Shown here: positions 59,056 through 64,000 of the stretch, in pieces
Position numbering within the stretch: position 1 is the stretch's first letter
Layout: the number at the start of each line of letters is the position of its first letter
NCBI GenBank assembly: GCA_012295275.1
Contig: CM022674.1
Location: forward strand, 11,718,001 to 11,782,000
From: Chrysomallon squamiferum
Taxonomy: Eukaryota; Animalia; Mollusca
Direction: 5' to 3'
Length of the DNA stretch: 64,000 bases
Translations under genes and position numbers: made by a program
The notes under the pieces: generated by a model
Seen by the model: only the letters and a program-made list of their open reading frames with translations
The model's database searches: none
Told to the model about the DNA's origin: nothing

Positions 59056-60654
59056 ATGTCTTTGATTTGTTATAATAAAGGATGCGGTCAGAAATTCGAC
59101 CCAGATAATAATCCAGACGATGCCTGTACATACCATCCTGGCGGTCCGATATTTCACGATGCTTTGAAAGGTTGGTCTTGCTGTAAAAAAAGAACTACAG
59201 ATTTCACAGAATTTCTCAACATTCCGGGATGTACAAAGGGGCCACATAGCAACGTAAAACCTGAAATACCACAAGAATCAAAAGGTGATACTGAAACGGA
59301 CGGAATGAAAGAAATCACTTTAAATGTAAGTCACGTAGATTGATCATTTGATGTATTCAATACAGTATAATATTGTGAATGTATTTTGATTGTGTATAAT
59401 TATTATAATAATACTATAACTTGTGTATAAGAATTTTGATGATTTTAGTAGAACATGTATTGCGATACGGTGGCGAATTAAGCGCTCAGTCATTAACGAT
59501 TTATCATTAAGGCATTATTATTAATATAAGCAAAAATTACTAATATTTGTGTAATATTAAAATAGTGTAATTAATTATGTTCAGTTTAAACATTCTTTCA
59601 ATTAAATTCACGTTTCGAAACAGTTACATCGTCGTTGTTGAGTTTTTAAATCACATTTACAGAAACGAAATTTATTAATAAATTGTCAAATATAATCATA
59701 CAAAATAGTGAAATAATAACAATATAAAAAAAAAAAAAAAAAAAAAAATAAGAAATGAAAAGTTAAAACAACACAAAAATGGCATTAATGAATATACAAT
59801 CCAAATAATCAGGAATGGAAAATCTGCTACAAAAACTTGTAAATGGTTTATTTAATAAGCGTTTTTTTCATTTTTCAATCATGATACAATCCAGAGTTCA
59901 CTTAATACTTGTATCTTTGTGAATTTTTCAGGATGTTAAGCCTCCAAGACAAAAAGACCCAAAGCCTAAGGCACAGTCGCGCCCGTCCGACAGTGAACCC
60001 ATGTCAAAACTGAAGGTCACAGTTGCGGCATCACTTAAAACTGCTTTAGAAAAGCTCAATTGTGAAGAACCTGCAGCATCAGTTACTGCTGAAAACACAG
60101 GTGAAATCGCCATAGGAACAAATTGCCAACACAACACTTGCAAAGCCACATATGCTGGACCCGAGACAGATGAAACAACTTGTCAGTATCATCCTGGATG
60201 TCCCATTTTTCATGAGGGGATGAAGTACTGGTCATGCTGTCAGAGAAAAACTACTGAGTTTGATAACTTTTTATCTCAGGAAGGCTGTGAGGAGGGCAAA
60301 CATCTCTGGATCAAGCCAAAAGTGGAGGGTGAAGAAAAGTCGTGTAGTTTTGACTGGTATCAGACTGGTCCCGATGTGTGTATATCGATATTTGCAAAAA
60401 CTGCTGTGCCAGAAAAGACATCTATAGAGGCAAACCGAGTTATACTCAAAGTACATCTCGTGTTTGATGGAGGGAACAGTGTATATGACAATCAGTTTGC
60501 TCTTTGGGATGCCATCAGTCCGGATAAAAGCAGCGTGAAGCTGATGGGTGCTAAAGTAGAAATTAACCTGAAGAAACAAGAACCTTTCAGTTGGCCCTCA
60601 CTCGAAGAACGCAAACAGAAGTCAGCTCCTGTTTCAGAGAAAGAAGACGAATGA
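59056..60654 (+). CDS. CHORDC1: Cysteine- and histidine-rich domain-containing protein 1 (Morgana/CHP-1, HSP90 co-chaperone), 330 aa; exons 59056-59325 and 59932-60654
   Basis: CHORD-I ([10 protein letters not shown]...[20 protein letters not shown]), CHORD-II (C...[20 protein letters not shown]) and CS domain (FDWYQT...); phase-0 intron AAT|GTAAGT...TTTTCAG. Confidence 0.96.
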
Positions 60655-62514
60655 ATGATATAAATTAATAACTTAAGTGCAAGTATATTAACAGTTTTCC
60701 AGAGCCCAAACCATTCATTGGTTATAAGTATTTTTGGAGCAAGGCACTGACATATTGACAATACATGTTTTTATTAAAGCAGCATGCACTGCTGAAAGCT
60801 TAAATTAAATAGTTAAATGAAATACATTACTCTGAATGATACAAATTTATTAGTATAAATTGATTAAATAAATTAAGATTATTAAAGTAAAAACTAAAAT
60901 AAAAATTATAATGAATTTCAAATGACTGATCTAATTTTATCCAGACTGAAAGATTCTGGACCATCAGAGGCTGGAAAATTGATCATATACTTGTATCTTA
61001 AAATATGAAATGAGTTTCAGAATGTGCTACTGGATCTCATCTATGTTAAAGTTGACAACAACTAAATAAATACAGATGTTATGTAAATTAGAATTTGTAT
61101 TAGTGAAAACAGTAAGTTTCACAATGTAATTACATTTTTCTTTTTCCTTCTTTTTTTAAAAATACCAGTTTTGTTGGAAATATTTTGATACTAACACTTT
61201 AGGATAGAAAATGAAAAGAATGGTGAGATACGAGAGTGAAATTTTTTTTTATTATTAAAAATTTTTTTCTTTTATTAAAATCCACCTGAAATCTTGTTTT
61301 CATTTTTCCTTTTTAGTGCTAATTAAGTGTTCAGTTTAACAGTTTAAGCTATCCTTGCATTAAATATAATCCATCTTCATAAATTATAAACTTCAGATTA
61401 TTGTTACTGTTTTTAGTTTCTTACACTTTTGTTCTCCTATTACTTAAAAAGCTTTAATTATACTGATATTAAAAAATGTATGGTCATCATATTCAATGCT
61501 TATTGAAACAATATAATTTTTGAAGTTGATCACAAAACACTTCCTCTAGTTTAGTAGTATCTTGAATATTTATGCTTTTAATTTTTGAGAAAATGTTGGT
61601 GAGTTTAAAGAATAACATTTATATTTTTAAATTGCAAATTTAAAATTTTCTAAAGCTAATATAAAACATTTTAGTTTTTTTGTTCACAATCTAAAGTTGT
61701 ACGGTCAAAGTCAGCTAAAAATTTCACACATAACTATTTTTATCAGTGTTATTTTATTGTCATTGTGAACATCATCTGATCATTTAGGTATTAGAATTCA
61801 GCTGTGTGTTACAAACTGTGACACAGGTTTTTTGTTTATTACAGTATAATAAAGTTTTCTGTAATAAATATTCTGACATTTTTCTTCATTTTAATTTAGC
61901 ATTTTGACAGTTCAGTTAGAATTCAGTCTGACAGAATCAGCAAGATTTTTGCTAAAAAAAGAAAGAAAAAGACGTTAATGATAAAGATAACTATAATAAT
62001 AATAAAATTAATAGTAATGAAGAAGAAATAAATACTCTTTAGGCTCCATTTTAGTGGAAAGTGCTGATCACAGAATTGTTTTCACTTAAAAGTGTTGACT
62101 ACTGCTATAGATCATGAGCAGTCATGCTCAGTGCACCTATTTTTCATCTGTTTTTAATTTAATAATTTTTTTTCGTGCTTATGATAAAGCATATTTTATA
62201 TTACAGCCATTTCCATAAACAGAAATTTCAAAGCAATTCAGTCACTACTTCATATCGAATACAAACATATGTGCTCACTGTATTATCAAAATAATATAAA
62301 TAAATAAATATTGTTTAATAATAATAATCATCATCATTCTAGAAAAAGTAAAAACAGTTTTACCGTTTTTACATTTTCACGTGCTGTACTTTTGTTAATG
62401 ACAAAGATGTCTACAAAAACCAGTGTTGTTTACTTACGTTCAAGTGGACAAAAAAAGAAAGAAAAAAATGTGAATGAAGTTAAAATGAATAATAATAATA
62501 ATAATTATTAATAT

Positions 62515-62552
<38 letters not shown>

Positions 62553-62759
62553 CTGTTTCTTTAATAATAATAATCTGTAATTGTAATTGTATGAGTCACA
62601 GAAAAGTCATTCTACTCTTTCGCAGATATAACTAATAGTCATACGAAATTCGAAAATATGCAATGCAAATCGAAATTAAACAGGGAACATAACTCTGTTA
62701 TGGCACATATTTGTTATCTACTGGTAAACGTTCTGAAAAATGCACAGTACACTCCTACA

Positions 62760-62938
62760 TTCTTGGCGGAAGTTTGTGAGAGGTGGTCAGTCTGCTACTT
62801 CGGAAAAAATAACCGGAAATTACCTCACGGATGATAACTCGATTTCCTTTTATGGGTGACAGTCTTGAGTATTAGGGGCAGACGTCAAATTAAAGACACA
62901 TTAAATTCTTTACAAGCAGCTGTGTATCGCAGATGACG
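62760..62938 (+). promoter_or_regulatory. Promoter and first (non-coding) exon of the zyxin/LPP-like gene, with perfect CArG box CCTTTTATGG (62846-62855) and ETS sites (GGCGGAAGT 62765, ACCGGAAAT 62812); donor ACG|GTGAGT at 62939
   Basis: CpG cluster, consensus motifs and a consensus donor upstream of the acceptor at 63409. Confidence 0.5.
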
Positions 62939-63414
62939 GTGAGTTTAATGATTTTAATGTAATTTTTAAAATTATTATTGATCTTTTACATCGATAACTG
63001 TTTCAAATAGATGATTTCATTTTAATTTCAATTCGTAATGACTGTACGGTGTACCACTACCAGGCAAGGTTCTCGATCAGTCGAGATACGACGTAGTATC
63101 ACTCACTATATCATGAACTTAAAGACATACATAGTATCTGTATTATTTTATTTTAAATGTGATTTCTGATTTATTTCATTATAAATATTTTTATTTATTA
63201 CTTTTTTATATTATTGAATTAGTACTAAATTAGTTGTGGTACTGGTAGTCTCAGTAATTACTTTTCTACTGAAAATTTCTAAAAGTATATTATTATTACA
63301 TTTCTAAACCAGTAATTTATACTGAATGGACTTATATAACATTAGCCAGAGAATATAATAATTTAACCAGCAGTGTAGTGTAATTTATTTATTTTTATGA
63401 TTTACTCAGACTGA

Positions 63415-64000
63415 ATGAATATGGCATATCAAGGTATTGATCGGGACTTTTCACAGCTGCACATACAAGAAAGGGGAGGTAACAAGATTCCTCCTTCTCT
63501 AGCTCCAAAACCAAAACCTTACAATCCAGCACCAGCACCCTATCAGCCTGGTTTGTATCAGAATCTGTTTTCTTTCTTTTCTTCTCAGTATTGGATATCT
63601 AAATAAATTTCTGTGTACTTGAATGTTATTTACAGTTTGTTTTGTATTTACTTTTTGCATAGCACAAAATATAATGTGTCTGAGGTTTGGTTTCATGTTG
63701 ATCTCAGCTTCTCATATACAGATATATAGGTGAAGTGATAAGCAGTTATGCTTGCAATATCCTTGTTTAGTTTTAGAAATTTCTATTACAAATATGTTTT
63801 TCTAATGCTTTAATACAAATATCTGTTGAAATTAACTCAAAGTATTTTTTTTTTATTTTTTTTCAGGGGGTTCTTCAGGAGGATACAGACAGGTTTACCA
63901 GGAGGCTGATGACTTCCCTCCACCTCCCCCACAAGTACCGTGTGCTGATGATCATTCATATCCACCTCCACCCCCACCCGAACATGTCAGAGGTTACATG
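63415..64000 (+). CDS. N-terminus of a zyxin/LPP/TRIP6-family LIM adaptor (exons 63415-63550 and 63867 to window end; truncated)
   Basis: KIPPSLAPKPKPYNP resembles the zyxin/LPP N-terminal VAPKPKxNP motif; the next exon (phase 1) encodes DDFPPPPP and YPPPPPP EVH1-ligand (ActA-like) motifs. LIM domains would lie outside the window. Confidence 0.75.

Overview
AT-rich, microsatellite-dense animal genomic DNA (probably a mollusc or other lophotrochozoan; this is an inference). Four genes lie on the + strand. (1) A neprilysin/ECE-like M13 zinc metallopeptidase with 22 reconstructed coding exons at 21550-38375, plus a candidate first coding exon at 9258-9285; the phases are consistent and give 780-813 aa with a TM anchor and HEITH, VNAFY and ENIAD motifs. 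(2) A giant C2H2 zinc-finger gene with an intronless CDS at 46695-53516 (about 44 fingers), broken near its 3' end by two apparently compensating 1-bp indels. (3) A two-exon CHORDC1 at 59056-60654. (4) The 5' end of a zyxin/LPP-family gene from 63415 to the window end. Also present are three MITE-like elements, a decayed dispersed repeat family and many mini/microsatellites. The most unusual signal is that several tandem arrays in the M13 gene are anchored on exon-intron junctions and multiply the real splice donor or acceptor, with about 20-26 nt of exon, 3 to about 24 times into the intron. Nearly all short ORFs in the ORF track are microsatellite artefacts.
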